From NCBI GenBank assembly GCA_038246445.1, contig JBBRVZ010000010.1, positions 3,233-67,232 of the forward strand: 64,000 nt of DNA, written 5' to 3'. Source of the DNA: Mycobacteriales bacterium (lineage in GTDB: Bacteria; Actinomycetota; Actinomycetes; Mycobacteriales; Nakamurellaceae). Within the stretch, counting starts at the first letter, position 1; each line of letters opens with the position of its first letter. A model generated the notes under the pieces. That model saw only the letters and a list, made by a program, of their open reading frames with translations, did no database searches and was not told the origin of the DNA. The position numbers were made by a program, and so were the translations under genes. Positions 17,225 to 27,535 of the stretch are shown piece by piece.

Positions 17225-17500
17225 GTGCTGATCATTGCGATCATCCTGTTGGGCATGCTTGCGGGAGCAGCGGCGCAACTCCTCTTCCGATCCAACAAGA
17301 AGCCCATCGACTGGACCGTGGCGATCGTGGTCGGGTTGATCGGGTCCCTCGTCGGCGGTCTGCTGATCAGTCTGTTGTCCGGCGACGGCCTCGCCCTGCG
17401 GCCGAGCGGCATCATCGGCTCCATCGTCGGGGCCGTCGTGATCACCGGTATCTACAAGCTGGCGACCGGGCGAAACCCGGGCGCTGACGCCCGGCATTGA
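17225..17500 (+). CDS. GlsB/YeaQ/YmgE family stress-response membrane protein
   Basis: 91 aa with three Gly-rich TM helices (IIAIILLGMLAGAAAQLL, VAIVVGLIGSLVGGLLISLL, IIGSIVGAVVITGIY), typical of this family. Confidence 0.85.
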   Translation: MLIIAIILLGMLAGAAAQLLFRSNKKPIDWTVAIVVGLIGSLVGGLLISLLSGDGLALRPSGIIGSIVGAVVITGIYKLATGRNPGADARH

Positions 17501-17522
17501 CGATGCCCGGACGGGCGGCGCC

Positions 17523-18410
17523 TCATTGTTTCGGTCGAACCTCGCGCACAGCTGACGACGGGGCGACTGCGTCAGGGTGAAGGATGGCCGCGATCGCTTC
17601 GACGCCGTCGACCAATCGCGGTCCGGGCCGGACGACGAGACCGTCGGCGTCGATCGCCCACACCGGGATTCCCGGCACCTCACGGTGGACGGTCGCCGCC
17701 TGCGCCACGGCCCCATCCAGGTGGAAGCCACACGGCGCCACCAGGACCAGATCCGCTTCAGTCGAACGGATCTCGTCCCAGGTCGTCTGCAACGAGCGAT
17801 CGCCCGGGTGCCCGCCGACGGATTCCCCGCCCGCGGCCGTAATCAGATCCGGTACCCAGTGCCCGGCCGAGAACGGCGGATCGACCCACTCCACGACGGC
17901 GACCCGTGGCCGGGGCCGGCCGGCCACCGCTCGCTGCACGGCATCGAGTCGGGAGCGCAACCCGCGGACCACCCAGACGCCCCGATCCGGCACCCCCGCC
18001 CGCAGTCCGACCTCCGCAATGCTGTCCAGCACGTCCTGCAGGGAGTGCGGATCAAGACTGACAACCTCGGCGCTGCAGCCGAGGTGTCCGAGGGCATCGT
18101 TGACATCGCCGGAGGGGATCGCACACACCCGGCACAGATCCTGGGTGAGGATCAGATCGGGGTCGAGCCCGGCAAGAGCGCGCGAGCGCAGGGTGTACAG
18201 GTCCTCACCGGCTGCCATCGCGGCGCGCACGTAGTCGTCGATCTCCCGCGGCGTCATGGCGCAGGTGTCCCGGCCGCCGACCACCACGGCCTTGTCCGTT
18301 CGTGCCGAAGCGGGCTCGTCGCACTCGAAGGTCACACCGACCAGCTGGTCACCGAGCCCGAGGGCGTAGACGATCTCGGTGGCGGACGGAAGCAGGGAGA
18401 CCACGCGCAT
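17523..18410 (-). CDS. BtuF/TroA-like (periplasmic-binding-protein fold, cobalamin/siderophore class) protein without a signal peptide
   Basis: The ATG at 18410 gives MRVVSLLPSATEIVYALGLGDQLVGVT..., which begins directly at the conserved first beta-strand of BtuF-like proteins. No lipobox or signal peptide is present. No permease or ATPase gene is adjacent. Confidence 0.75.
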   Translation of the reverse strand: MRVVSLLPSATEIVYALGLGDQLVGVTFECDEPASARTDKAVVVGGRDTCAMTPREIDDYVRAAMAAGEDLYTLRSRALAGLDPDLILTQDLCRVCAIPSGDVNDALGHLGCSAEVVSLDPHSLQDVLDSIAEVGLRAGVPDRGVWVVRGLRSRLDAVQRAVAGRPRPRVAVVEWVDPPFSAGHWVPDLITAAGGESVGGHPGDRSLQTTWDEIRSTEADLVLVAPCGFHLDGAVAQAATVHREVPGIPVWAIDADGLVVRPGPRLVDGVEAIAAILHPDAVAPSSAVREVRPKQ

Positions 18411-18429
18411 GCCCTCACGATAGAGACCG

Positions 18430-18834
18430 TCAGCTCGCACGCACCCGGTTGTTGCGCGGATTGTGCTCCAGTTCTGCCAGCCCGAGTTCCTCCAGAAGCG
18501 GCGGTATGTACACACCGAACCGCCCCCGAAGACCCTTTCGGAGGCCGTACCACCCACCGACCGGGTTGTCCGGTGACCGACCCCAGGCCTCGACACTTCC
18601 CTCCGGCGCCACCTTCTGCTCGTCGGCGCCGCCGAGCGGAACCCAATCCCCGGCCGCCACCAGCATGGCTCGGAGGTCGTCGACGCAGCCGGCCCGATAG
18701 GTGAGCACTGTCTTCCCCACCGTGCAGACCAGTACCGGCGGGTCGGCCGAGTCGTCGCGGTGCAGGGTGTAGCTGGAGGTGCCCGGCGGTGTCGTCAGCC
18801 GCCAGGGGTCATCCTTGCTTCCGGATCCGGACAT
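18430..18834 (-). CDS. Conserved small hypothetical protein (a DUF-type family; I am not certain of the number)
   Basis: MSGSGSKDDPWRLTTPPGTSSYTLHRDD...VEAWGRSPDNPVGGWYGLRKGLRGRFGVYIPPLLEELGLAE. I recall this signature as a widely distributed uncharacterised family. It lies 19 nt upstream of the BtuF-like gene. Confidence 0.65.
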   Translation of the reverse strand: MSGSGSKDDPWRLTTPPGTSSYTLHRDDSADPPVLVCTVGKTVLTYRAGCVDDLRAMLVAAGDWVPLGGADEQKVAPEGSVEAWGRSPDNPVGGWYGLRKGLRGRFGVYIPPLLEELGLAELEHNPRNNRVRAS

Positions 18835-19218
18835 TGCGCCACGATAGTCCGGCAGCGCATTCCCGGTCACCTGCTGACGACCGAACCGCCATCACCAGCG
18901 ACGGGAAGGCCTGGTGACCATCCACAGCACCGTCCGGCCCGTGATTTTCGACGGTCACCGTGTTCCTGCGCCGGCAGGGAGCCGCGGTGGGAGAACGACG
19001 GTGAGCGCTATTTGTGACTCCGGCTCAACGGCTCCGGTGCCGTCCGCGGCGGAACCAGCGCCTACCACGCCTACCCTGCGGACGGGGTCAGCGTTGTCCC
19101 GATCGGGGAGAAGGTTCTGATCGTCGGTTTCCGCTCGCCGCAATCAGTCCTGGTCGACCCGCTGCCCGCGTTCCCCTCATCAGTCGCAGGGCCGGGTGCC
19201 GGTGACGTCGCCGCGGTG

Positions 19219-20220
19219 TCACCCGGCCGACGCCCTCAGCTGCGTCCGGAAATACTCGACCGTGCGGGCCAGGCCCTCCGCGAGTTGCACCTTCGGCTCC
19301 CAGCCGAGCACGTCGAGCGCCTGGTCGATGGTCGGTTGCCGCTGGGTCGGGTCGTCCGAGGGCAAGGGGTGGTATTCCACGTCGACGTCCGCGCCGACAC
19401 AGGAAATGACCTCGCTCGCCAATTCCGCCATGGTGAATTCGTTGGGATTTCCGAGATTGATCGGCCCGGTCACCTCGTGCGGCGTCGCCATCAAGGCGAT
19501 CAGGGCATCAACAAGGTCATCCACATAGCAGAAAGATCGGGTTTGGCTTCCATCGCCATAAATGGTCAGCGGGGTGCCGTTCAATGCGGAAACAATGAAA
19601 TTCGAGACGACCCGGCCGTCATCGGGCCGCATGCGCGGACCGTAGGTGTTGAAGATCCTGGCCACCTTGATCGGCATGTCGTGCTGGCGACGATAGTCGA
19701 AGAACAGCGTCTCGGCGCATCGTTTGCCCTCGTCGTAACAGGAACGCACCCCGATGGGATTCACGTGACCCCAATAGCTCTCGTGCTGGGGATGCACCTC
19801 CGGGTCGCCGTACACCTCGGATGTCGACGCGAGCAGGATCTTGGCCTTCGTCCGTTTCGCCAGCCCGAGCATGTTGATTGATCCCACCACCGATGTCTTG
19901 GTGGTTTGCACCGGGTCTCGCTGGTAGAAGACCGGCGACGCCGGGCAGGCGAGGTGATAGATCTCGTCCACCTCCACGTACAACGGAAAGGTGACGTCGT
20001 GCCGGACCACTTCGAGTCGCGGGTGGTCGAGCACATCGGACAGGTTGGACCTGCTGCCGGAGTAGAAGTTGTCGATGACGAGGACCTCGTTGCCCTCGTC
20101 CAGCAGTCGTCGTACCAGGTGCGAACCGATGAAACCGGACCCGCCGGTGACCAGGATCTGTTTGTCGGACACCGGTGTCGGAGCTACCGGTCTGAAGGAG
20201 CCGGCTCGGACTTCGGACAC
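19219..20220 (-). CDS. UDP-glucuronate decarboxylase (UXS-type extended SDR)
   Basis: I chose the GTG at 20220, preceded by GAAAGG. Signatures are [59 protein letters not shown] and SFCYVDDLV, which together are canonical for UXS. Confidence 0.9.
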   Translation of the reverse strand: MSEVRAGSFRPVAPTPVSDKQILVTGGSGFIGSHLVRRLLDEGNEVLVIDNFYSGSRSNLSDVLDHPRLEVVRHDVTFPLYVEVDEIYHLACPASPVFYQRDPVQTTKTSVVGSINMLGLAKRTKAKILLASTSEVYGDPEVHPQHESYWGHVNPIGVRSCYDEGKRCAETLFFDYRRQHDMPIKVARIFNTYGPRMRPDDGRVVSNFIVSALNGTPLTIYGDGSQTRSFCYVDDLVDALIALMATPHEVTGPINLGNPNEFTMAELASEVISCVGADVDVEYHPLPSDDPTQRQPTIDQALDVLGWEPKVQLAEGLARTVEYFRTQLRASAG

Positions 20221-20515
20221 GTCACACCTTTCATACTCAAGGCACCGGAACATGGCCGGTGCCCGCCGCTGGACCCATGTGATTCGGGTCGGGCGCTCTG
20301 GTCGGACAACGCCCATCAGACGGTAGCGGCAGCCGGTCGGACGGCTGCACCGGCGTCCGCCGACCCGACGGAGACTGTCATGCGCGTCACAGGACTCCTG
20401 CTTCCAGATAGCGACGCTGCACCGGCGCGCATTGGTCGCGAAACAGGTTCGATGTGTCACCACAGCGATCGTGTTCGGCGGCTTGAAAGGCGGGCGACAT
20501 CGGTATGCTTTCCGC

Positions 20516-21211
20516 GTGAAGCTCTCCATTCTCATGCCGGTGTACAACGAAGTGGCCACCCTCGAGTCAGCGGTCAAACGGGTGCTGAGCGTGAACTACC
20601 CGGTGGAAATCGAGTTGGTCATCATCGATGACGGCAGTACCGACGGAACCCGTGCGCTGTACCCGCAGTGGGCCGACGAGCGGGCGGTCGTCATCCACGA
20701 GAAGGCGACCAACGGCGGAAAGGGATCCGCGATCCGCAAGGGTGCCGAACTGGCCACCGGCGACTTCGTCATCATGTGCGACGCCGACCTGGAATACACG
20801 CCGGAGGAAATCCCTTCCCTGGTGGCCCCCATCCTGGCGGGGGACGCCGAGGTCGTCTACGGGACGCGAACGTTCGGTAGCCACAATGCGTATTCGTACC
20901 TGTACGTCCTGGGCAACCGCGGCGTCACGACCGTGGCGAACATTTTGTTCAACTGCTACATCAGCGACCTCGAGACCTGTTTCAAGTTGCTGCCCCTGCG
21001 CCTGTACCGGGAACTGGACGTCCGGTCGGCCGGCTTCGGCATGGAGGCCGAGATCACCGGCAAGCTGCTGCGCCGCGGCTATCGGCCGTTCGAGGTGCCG
21101 ATCAGCTACAAGGCGCGCAGCCGGGAGGAAGGCAAAAAGCTCACCTGGAAGGACGGCGTCGAAGCGATCTGGATCCTGACGAGAGAGCGGGTGCGGCGCA
21201 AGGGCGACTGA
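20516..21211 (+). CDS. Glycosyltransferase family 2 (Dpm1/ArnC-like, no TM region)
   Basis: The GTG at 20516 gives [19 protein letters not shown]...[12 protein letters not shown]...[10 protein letters not shown]. The protein is 231 aa with no hydrophobic C-terminus. Confidence 0.85.
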   Translation: MKLSILMPVYNEVATLESAVKRVLSVNYPVEIELVIIDDGSTDGTRALYPQWADERAVVIHEKATNGGKGSAIRKGAELATGDFVIMCDADLEYTPEEIPSLVAPILAGDAEVVYGTRTFGSHNAYSYLYVLGNRGVTTVANILFNCYISDLETCFKLLPLRLYRELDVRSAGFGMEAEITGKLLRRGYRPFEVPISYKARSREEGKKLTWKDGVEAIWILTRERVRRKGD

Positions 21212-21287
21212 CCGCCGATCACCGCAAGCGTCGGCGCCCCGGTCAGCATCGCGTCGTGGCGGATCCGGACGGCCCTAAGCTGTTCCG

Positions 21288-22082
21288 ATGCAGCAGTACC
21301 TGGAGTTGATGGACCGCATCCTGACTACCGGCGTCGTGAAGTCCGACCGCACCGGCACTGGCACCCGAAGTGTCTTCGGGCATCAGATGCGTTTCGACCT
21401 CGCCGACGGTTTCCCCGTCGTCACGACGAAGAAGATCCACCTGCGGTCGGTGGTCATCGAACTGCTGTGGTTCCTGCAGGGCTCCACCAACGTGCGGTGG
21501 CTGCAAGACCGCGGGGTCAGGATCTGGGACGAATGGGCGGATGCCGAGGGCGAGCTCGGGCCGGTCTACGGTCACCAGTGGCGGTCCTGGCCGGCCCCCG
21601 ACGGACGGCACGTCGACCAGATCGCGGCCGTCGTCCGTTCGCTACGGACCGAACCCGATTCCCGCCGGCACATCGTCTCGGCGTGGAACGTTGCCGAGGT
21701 GTCGCAGATGGCACTCCCGCCGTGCCACACCATGTTCCAGTTCTCCGTCGCCGACGGCCGGCTGTCCTGCCAGCTGTACCAGCGCTCTGCGGACGTCTTC
21801 CTGGGCGTGCCGTTCAACATCGCCTCCTACGCCCTGCTCACCGAGATGATGGCCCAGGTGGTCGGGCTCCGACCCGGTGAGTTCATCCACACCCTTGGCG
21901 ATGCACATCTGTACTCCAACCACCTCGAGCAGGCGCGGTTGCAGCTCACCAGGACGCCGCGGCCGCTGCCCACCCTGCACCTGACTCCGACGATCACCGA
22001 GATCGACGAATTTACTGCCGAGCACATCGCCATCAGGAACTACGACCCCTATCCGGCGATCAAGGCGCCCATCGCGGTGTGA
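21288..22082 (+). CDS. thyA: Thymidylate synthase
   Basis: 264 aa with MQQYLELM...[12 protein letters not shown]...[10 protein letters not shown]...[16 protein letters not shown]. Confidence 0.97.
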   Translation: MQQYLELMDRILTTGVVKSDRTGTGTRSVFGHQMRFDLADGFPVVTTKKIHLRSVVIELLWFLQGSTNVRWLQDRGVRIWDEWADAEGELGPVYGHQWRSWPAPDGRHVDQIAAVVRSLRTEPDSRRHIVSAWNVAEVSQMALPPCHTMFQFSVADGRLSCQLYQRSADVFLGVPFNIASYALLTEMMAQVVGLRPGEFIHTLGDAHLYSNHLEQARLQLTRTPRPLPTLHLTPTITEIDEFTAEHIAIRNYDPYPAIKAPIAV

Positions 22083-22588
22083 GCGCTCGACAAACCGGCA
22101 ACACACCGGAGATCGTCCTGGTCGCTGCCGTCGCCAGGAACGGCACGATCGGCACCTCCGGCGGATTGCCCTGGCACCTTCCGGCAGACCTCGAGCGCTT
22201 CAAGGCCCTGACCATGGGCCACGCCATGGTCATGGGCAGGCGCACCTTCGAGTCCATCGGCCGGGTGCTGCCCGGCAGGCGCACGATCGTCGTCACCCGC
22301 GATCCGTCGTGGCAGGTGCCGGATGTCCTCGTGGCGCACTCCGTGGACGAGGCGATCGCACTGGCCGCGGGCTACGAAGACCGGCCCGGGGCGGTCATGG
22401 TGGTCGGCGGCGGTGAGATCTACCGCCAGACCCTGCCCCGCGCGGATCGCCTGGAAATCACCCACGTCGATGTCGACGTCGATGGTGACACCACCTTTCC
22501 GCACATCGACCCGGCTGAGTGGGGCCAGATCGTTCGGGAGCAGGGGAACGGCTATCGATTCGTGACGTACGAGCACAGCACCTCGTGA
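22079..22588 (+). CDS. folA: Dihydrofolate reductase
   Basis: 169 aa with [50 protein letters not shown]. Its start overlaps the thyA stop as GTGA. Confidence 0.93.
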   Translation: MSARQTGNTPEIVLVAAVARNGTIGTSGGLPWHLPADLERFKALTMGHAMVMGRRTFESIGRVLPGRRTIVVTRDPSWQVPDVLVAHSVDEAIALAAGYEDRPGAVMVVGGGEIYRQTLPRADRLEITHVDVDVDGDTTFPHIDPAEWGQIVREQGNGYRFVTYEHSTS

Positions 22589-22651
22589 CAGGTGATGCGG
22601 CCAGTCGCGGGTCTGACGAAGTTGCCTACTGGCCGGGGTGACTCAGCCGGG

Positions 22652-23044
22652 TCAGCCCACCGGGGCGCCGGGTCGAGTGGAACCGTAGGGCACGACAATG
22701 CGCAAGGTCGGGTCGATGTTCAATCCATCCATCCCGCCCGGCCTCGGGCGGTTGGAGGCACCCATTGCCGTCTTGACGGAGTTGGTCACCACTCTGCTCT
22801 TGTCCACGGTCACCGTGTCGGTGCGCATCGCGGCACTCACCGAGTCAAGGAGGTCGGCCAACTCCAGATCCAGGGCGTCGCAGATCGACGCGAGCAGTTC
22901 ACTCGACGCCTCTTTGCGACCCCGCTCAACTTCCGAGAGGTATCCGAGCGAGACATTGGCCGCCGTCGACACATCGCGCAGTGTGCGGTTCTGCCGGTTA
23001 CGAGCGTCGCGCAGTGTCTCTCCGAGAGCGTTACGCAGGAGCAT
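22652..23044 (-). CDS. clgR: XRE-family HTH transcriptional regulator, ClgR-like
   Basis: The ATG at 23044 is preceded by GGAAGGAGGTG. The sequence [39 protein letters not shown] closely matches my recollection of ClgR. The pgsA-cinA-clgR gene order is also conserved. Confidence 0.8.
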   Translation of the reverse strand: MLLRNALGETLRDARNRQNRTLRDVSTAANVSLGYLSEVERGRKEASSELLASICDALDLELADLLDSVSAAMRTDTVTVDKSRVVTNSVKTAMGASNRPRPGGMDGLNIDPTLRIVVPYGSTRPGAPVG

Positions 23045-23386
23045 GTCGCACCTCCTTCCCACCTTGGTCAACCATCAACTGGTGTTCGATACCACGAGCC
23101 GGGATCGTCCCCGGTCCGACCTGCCGTTCGACCCACACCAGCGGAACCGTGCCTTGTGCGGTCCACTGGCAGGAATACCAGTGTGCTGCACCAAAGAGAT
23201 GCACTTCGGCTGTATTGCTCGATGCTCGTGACGCTGCGATGGTGCATCCTCTTGACAAGAGGCCCAGATGTCGTCACTGCACTGTGCCACGCTACCGTGC
23301 GCTACCCGATGACGGCTGGTACCCGCCGACAATCATGCCAACGTGAACGCCACCACCGATGTTCCGCTGCCCCGGTCACCACCCGG

Positions 23387-23959
23387 TTACGAAACCGTTG
23401 CGGGCACGTCGGACAGCATTTCCAGGGCCGCGCGGGTGGCCGCCGCTCTGATCAGCCGCCGTCGGCCGCCGACCCTGTCACCCTCCTGTTGCAGGTCCGC
23501 GGTCGGACCGTCGACACGGACGGCGCCGACGCGGGGGCGCGCGGATCGCTCGTCCCGGTAACCCCCCGGGCCGGCCAGGGCGCAGTACCAGGTACCGACC
23601 GGAGCACCGTCCTGCGGGTCGGGACCGGCGACGCCGGTCAACCCCATGCCGATATCGGCGCCGCAACGCACCCGGACACCGGCCGCCAATGCCATCGCCA
23701 CGTCCGGGTCCACCGCACCGCGGCGCTCCAACAGCGCGGCGTCCACTCCGGCCAGCGTGTGTTTGAGGTCGGTGGCGTAGACCACCACCCCGCCGCGGAC
23801 GACGGCACTGGAACCGGGTATCTCCGTGAGTAAAGCCGCCAGCAGGCCGCCGGTCAGGGATTCCGCCGTGGCAACCGTCAGCCGCCGTCGGGCCAGTGTG
23901 GCCAGCAGGTCGACGACGACGCCATCGTCAACCCCTACCGCGGCAGCGAGGTCACCCAC
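23387..23959 (-). CDS. CinA-family (C-terminal PncC-like nicotinamide-nucleotide amidohydrolase domain) protein
   Basis: TVATAESLTGGLLAALLTEIPGSSAVVRGGVVVYATDLK is the typical core of the CinA C-terminal domain. Confidence 0.85.
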   Translation of the reverse strand: MGDLAAAVGVDDGVVVDLLATLARRRLTVATAESLTGGLLAALLTEIPGSSAVVRGGVVVYATDLKHTLAGVDAALLERRGAVDPDVAMALAAGVRVRCGADIGMGLTGVAGPDPQDGAPVGTWYCALAGPGGYRDERSARPRVGAVRVDGPTADLQQEGDRVGGRRRLIRAAATRAALEMLSDVPATVS

Positions 23960-23973
23960 TTCTCGTCACCGGA

Positions 23974-24570
23974 TCAGCCGGGTGGACGCTCGATGTGACC
24001 TGTTCGGGCCCGGGAGTACACCGTCCACGCCCTCACCAGGTAGTCGATCCCGGTGCCGACGGTCAGCAGCACGGCGAGCGCCATCGCCCCCGCCTCGAGC
24101 CAGTACAGGGCCTCGGGCAGCGGGAGGATGTACAACCCGATCGCGATGATCTGCACGAACGTCTTGGCCTTGCCGCCGGGGCTGGCGGCGATCACGCCGT
24201 ACCGGATCACCGCGAAACGCAAGAGCGTGATGCCGATCTCACGCAGCAGGATGATGACGGTCACCCACCACGCGAGATCGCCGAGCATCGACAGTCCGAC
24301 CAACGCCGACCCGGTCAGGGCCTTGTCGGCGATCGGGTCCGCGATCTTGCCGAAGTCGGTGACCTGCCCACGCTTGCGGGCGATGTGCCCGTCATAGCGG
24401 TCGGTGATGGCGGCGATGGCGAAGATGGCCCACGCGAGCCAGCGCCAGACCGGGTCGTGACCGCCCTGCGCGAACAGCGCCAGCAGGAATACCGGAACGA
24501 GGATCAGCCGCAGAACTGTCAGCGCGTTGGGGAGGTTCACCAACGAAACGGGCGGCGGACGGTCCGTCAT
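23974..24570 (-). CDS. pgsA: CDP-diacylglycerol--glycerol-3-phosphate 3-phosphatidyltransferase
   Basis: CDP-alcohol phosphatidyltransferase motif [27 protein letters not shown] in a multi-TM protein. Its start overlaps the rimO stop as ATGA. Confidence 0.9.
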   Translation of the reverse strand: MTDRPPPVSLVNLPNALTVLRLILVPVFLLALFAQGGHDPVWRWLAWAIFAIAAITDRYDGHIARKRGQVTDFGKIADPIADKALTGSALVGLSMLGDLAWWVTVIILLREIGITLLRFAVIRYGVIAASPGGKAKTFVQIIAIGLYILPLPEALYWLEAGAMALAVLLTVGTGIDYLVRAWTVYSRARTGHIERPPG

Positions 24571-26072
24571 GGCGTGACGATCTCGCGGGCGCGCGCGATC
24601 AGGTCGATGCCATCACTGCCCACGATGTCGCAGCGGACCAGCAGACCCGGGCGGAGCTCCAGCCCGCCCGAATCGGCAATCCGGATGTTGCCGTCGACCT
24701 CCGGCGCCTGGTGCGGGCCACGTCCCGCTGCCGCCGCACCGCCGACCGCCTCGTCCACCAGCACCAGCATCTGCGCGCCGATCCTGTCCTCGGCGCGCTG
24801 GGTGGTCAGCTCTTCGACCAGCGAGCTGACCCGCTCCACCCGGTCGGCGATCACGTCGTCAGATAGCTTTCCGGGCAGATCCGCCGCCGCGGTGCCGTCC
24901 TCGTCCGAGTAGCCGAACACTCCGACCGCATCCATCATCGCGCCGGTCAGGAACGACTCCAGCTCGGCGAGGTCCTGTTCGGTCTCCCCCGGGAACCCGA
25001 CGATGACGTTGGACCGGATCCCCGCGTGTGGTGCGGCGGCGCGGATCTGGTCGATCAACGCCAGGAAGGAGGCCGTCGAGCCGTACCGGCGCATCCGGCG
25101 CAGCACAGGTTCGGACGCGTGTTGGAAAGACATGTCGTAGTAATCGGCCACGCCGGGGATTGCTGCGATCGCCTCGATCAGCCACGGCCTGGTCTCCGCG
25201 GGCTGCAGGTACGACAGCCGGACCCGCGCGATACCTGGGACCGCGGCGAGATCGGACAGCAGGGCCTCGAGATGACGCTCGCCGGGCAGGTCCTTGCCGT
25301 AGGACGTCGAGTTCTCGCTCACCAGGACGATTTCCCGGACGCCTTGCCCGGCCAGCCAGGCCGCCTCACCGACGACGTCGTCGACCGGACGCGACACGAA
25401 CGCTCCCCGGAAGGAAGGGATGGCGCAGAAAGTGCAGCGCCGGTCGCAGCCCGAGGCGATCTTCAGCGGCGCGACCGGTCCCGAGTTCAACAGGGTGCGG
25501 AACTGCACCGGGCCGGACGCGGGGGCATGGCCGGGCAACGAGATCGAACGCGACGCCGCCGGCCTGGCGGCCGGGGAGATCGGGAGCAGCAGACGACGGT
25601 CGACCGGGGTGTGCGCGGCCGGCCGGTGGCCGTCGACGACACTCCCGAGCAGCTCCGCGAGATCCGGGTAGGCGTCGAACCCCAGCACCGCGTCCGCCTC
25701 CGGCAGCGCGTCGGCCAGTTCTGCGCCGTAACGCTCGGCGAGGCAGCCGACCGCAACGACCTTGGCGCCGGTGTCCGCCGCGGCCAGCACGGTGTCGATG
25801 GAGTCTTTCTTCGCGCTGGCGACGAACGCGCAGGTGTTGACCACGACCACGTCCGCACCGGCGGGTTCGGCAACCAGGCGGTAGCCGCCCAACTCCAGCC
25901 GGCCGGCTATCTCGGAGGAATCCACCTCGTTGCGCGCGCAGCCCAGTGTCACCAGGTTGACCGTGGTGGCTTTGGGCGAGCGGAAATTCCGCGGACCCGT
26001 CCCAGCCGGGTTGGGGGGCGTCGCCAGGGTTCGGTTCGACGCCGTTGAAGGCACCTCGAACACCGCGGACAC
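24567..26072 (-). CDS. rimO: Ribosomal protein S12 methylthiotransferase (MiaB-like radical SAM)
   Basis: UPF0004 domain [20 protein letters not shown], radical-SAM motif [11 protein letters not shown], and a C-terminal TRAM-like region. The exact start is uncertain because the ORF opens with alternative GTG codons. Confidence 0.85.
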   Translation of the reverse strand: MSAVFEVPSTASNRTLATPPNPAGTGPRNFRSPKATTVNLVTLGCARNEVDSSEIAGRLELGGYRLVAEPAGADVVVVNTCAFVASAKKDSIDTVLAAADTGAKVVAVGCLAERYGAELADALPEADAVLGFDAYPDLAELLGSVVDGHRPAAHTPVDRRLLLPISPAARPAASRSISLPGHAPASGPVQFRTLLNSGPVAPLKIASGCDRRCTFCAIPSFRGAFVSRPVDDVVGEAAWLAGQGVREIVLVSENSTSYGKDLPGERHLEALLSDLAAVPGIARVRLSYLQPAETRPWLIEAIAAIPGVADYYDMSFQHASEPVLRRMRRYGSTASFLALIDQIRAAAPHAGIRSNVIVGFPGETEQDLAELESFLTGAMMDAVGVFGYSDEDGTAAADLPGKLSDDVIADRVERVSSLVEELTTQRAEDRIGAQMLVLVDEAVGGAAAAGRGPHQAPEVDGNIRIADSGGLELRPGLLVRCDIVGSDGIDLIARAREIVTP

Positions 26073-26172
26073 CGCCCCACCCTAGTCGGCCCGTGCTCAC
26101 GTCCGGGAATCGACGACGGGAGCTGACGCCACCGCTCGGCCGGGCAGGGCCGGGCGGCTATCGTGATGCGCC

Positions 26173-26682
26173 GTGACCCGTACCCAGACCACTCTGACGG
26201 TCCGCACGGCGAAGGTCACCGACGTCCGCGGCATCAAGCGGCTCGTGGACGCGCATGCGGGACCGATCCTGCTGGAGAAGACACTGGCCAACCTGTTCGA
26301 GGACGTCACCGAGTTCTGGGTGGCGGAGCGGTACGGCGCGCTGGTCGGCTGCGGCGCGCTGCATGTGCTGTGGGAGGACCTCGGCGAGATCCGCACCGTC
26401 GCGACAGATCTTGGCGTCAGACGCCGCGGCGTCGGGCGGGCGGTGTGCACGGCGTTGATCGAGCACGCCCGGCATCTCGGCCTGCATCGGCTGTTCGTGC
26501 TGACGTTCGAGGTCGGGTTCTTCGGCTCGCTCGGCTTCGAACCGATCCGGGAGCTGAACCTGTCGGACGAGGGCTACGCGGAACTGCGCGCATCGTACGA
26601 CCGCGGGGTTGCCGAGTTTCTCGACCTGCCCTATGTCAAGCCGAACACCCTCGGAAACACCCGGATGCTCAGGGTCCTCTAA
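26173..26682 (+). CDS. Short-form amino-acid N-acetyltransferase (GNAT; resembles M. tuberculosis Rv2747 ArgA as I recall it)
   Basis: 169 aa with ILLEKTLANLFEDVTEFWVAE...GCGALHVLWEDLGEIRTVA...VFVLTFE...VAEFLDLPYVKPNTLGNTRML. Confidence 0.85.
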   Translation: MTRTQTTLTVRTAKVTDVRGIKRLVDAHAGPILLEKTLANLFEDVTEFWVAERYGALVGCGALHVLWEDLGEIRTVATDLGVRRRGVGRAVCTALIEHARHLGLHRLFVLTFEVGFFGSLGFEPIRELNLSDEGYAELRASYDRGVAEFLDLPYVKPNTLGNTRMLRVL

Positions 26683-26736
26683 CGCCGCTGTCGCCAAGTG
26701 GGAACTGCTGTCATTTCGAGCGGCCGCCGCCGAAGA

Positions 26737-27084
26737 TCAGGACTGCGGCGTGCGGCGATCGGCAATCCTGGCCAGCGCCTCGGCCAGCAGGGCCTCGCCG
26801 TCCTCCTCGCTGCGTCGCTCCTTCACATAGGCCAGGTGCGACTTGTACGGCTCGACCTTGGGGGCCGGCGGCGGTTCGGCGCGATCCTGGCCGGCCGGCA
26901 CACCACAGCTGGGACAGTCCCAGGTCTCCGGGATCTCCGCGTCCATGGCGAACGCCAGCCGCGTGACGTGCCCGTTGGCGCAGAAGAAGTCGAGCTTGCG
27001 TCGCGGTGCGGAGTCACCACGGTCGGACTCACCCATCCGACCGGCACCCACCCGTGAACCGCGAATCGGATTGCCACCCGCCAT
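26737..27084 (-). CDS. rbpA: RNA polymerase-binding protein RbpA
   Basis: 115 aa with IRGSRVGA...FFCANGH...AEIPETWDCPSCG (zinc-ribbon type) and ...SHLAYVKERRS (sigma-interaction region). Confidence 0.9.
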   Translation of the reverse strand: MAGGNPIRGSRVGAGRMGESDRGDSAPRRKLDFFCANGHVTRLAFAMDAEIPETWDCPSCGVPAGQDRAEPPPAPKVEPYKSHLAYVKERRSEEDGEALLAEALARIADRRTPQS

Positions 27085-27210
27085 GTCGACCTGCCCGTTC
27101 CAGATGCCGGTGGGTGTCCACCGGGAAGAGCCGTATCAACCGTCCGCGATGCGCCGGGCCCCGTGGGCCCGACAGTGCAAATTCAAGGCGCTACCCGCCG
27201 GGCGCGACTG

Positions 27211-27447
27211 CTAGGCCCCGACCTTCAACAGGAGGCCGACACCCACGATGGAGATACCCCACACCGCCGCGACGAAGAGCGTCAGCCGGTCGAGGTTCTT
27301 CTCGACGACCGACGATCCGGACAGCGACGACTGCATCGTCCCGCCGAACAACGAGGACAGCCCGCCGCCCTTGCCGCGGTGCAACAGGATCAACGCCATC
27401 AACGCCAGGCTGGTGATCAGCAGCAGGATCTGGAGAAAGAGTGTCAT
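27211..27447 (-). CDS. secG: Preprotein translocase subunit SecG
   Basis: The ATG at 27447 gives MTLFLQILLLITSLALMALILLHRGKGGGLSSLFGG...LTLFVAAVWGISIVGVGLLL, 78 aa. It sits downstream of tpiA, as is usual in actinobacteria. Confidence 0.85.
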   Translation of the reverse strand: MTLFLQILLLITSLALMALILLHRGKGGGLSSLFGGTMQSSLSGSSVVEKNLDRLTLFVAAVWGISIVGVGLLLKVGA

Positions 27448-27471
27448 GTTCGCCTTGCTCGTCAGGCGGCC

Positions 27472-27490
27472 GGCGCAGGGGTACTGCGCC
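27472..27490 (-). other. Short stem-loop between tpiA and secG
   Basis: GGCGCAG-gggta-CTGCGCC gives a 7-bp stem and a 5-nt loop. No U-tract follows. Confidence 0.3.
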
Positions 27491-27535
27491 GACCTGGGTC
27501 GCGACGAGTCTAACCCGGAACGCCGATCCGTCCGG

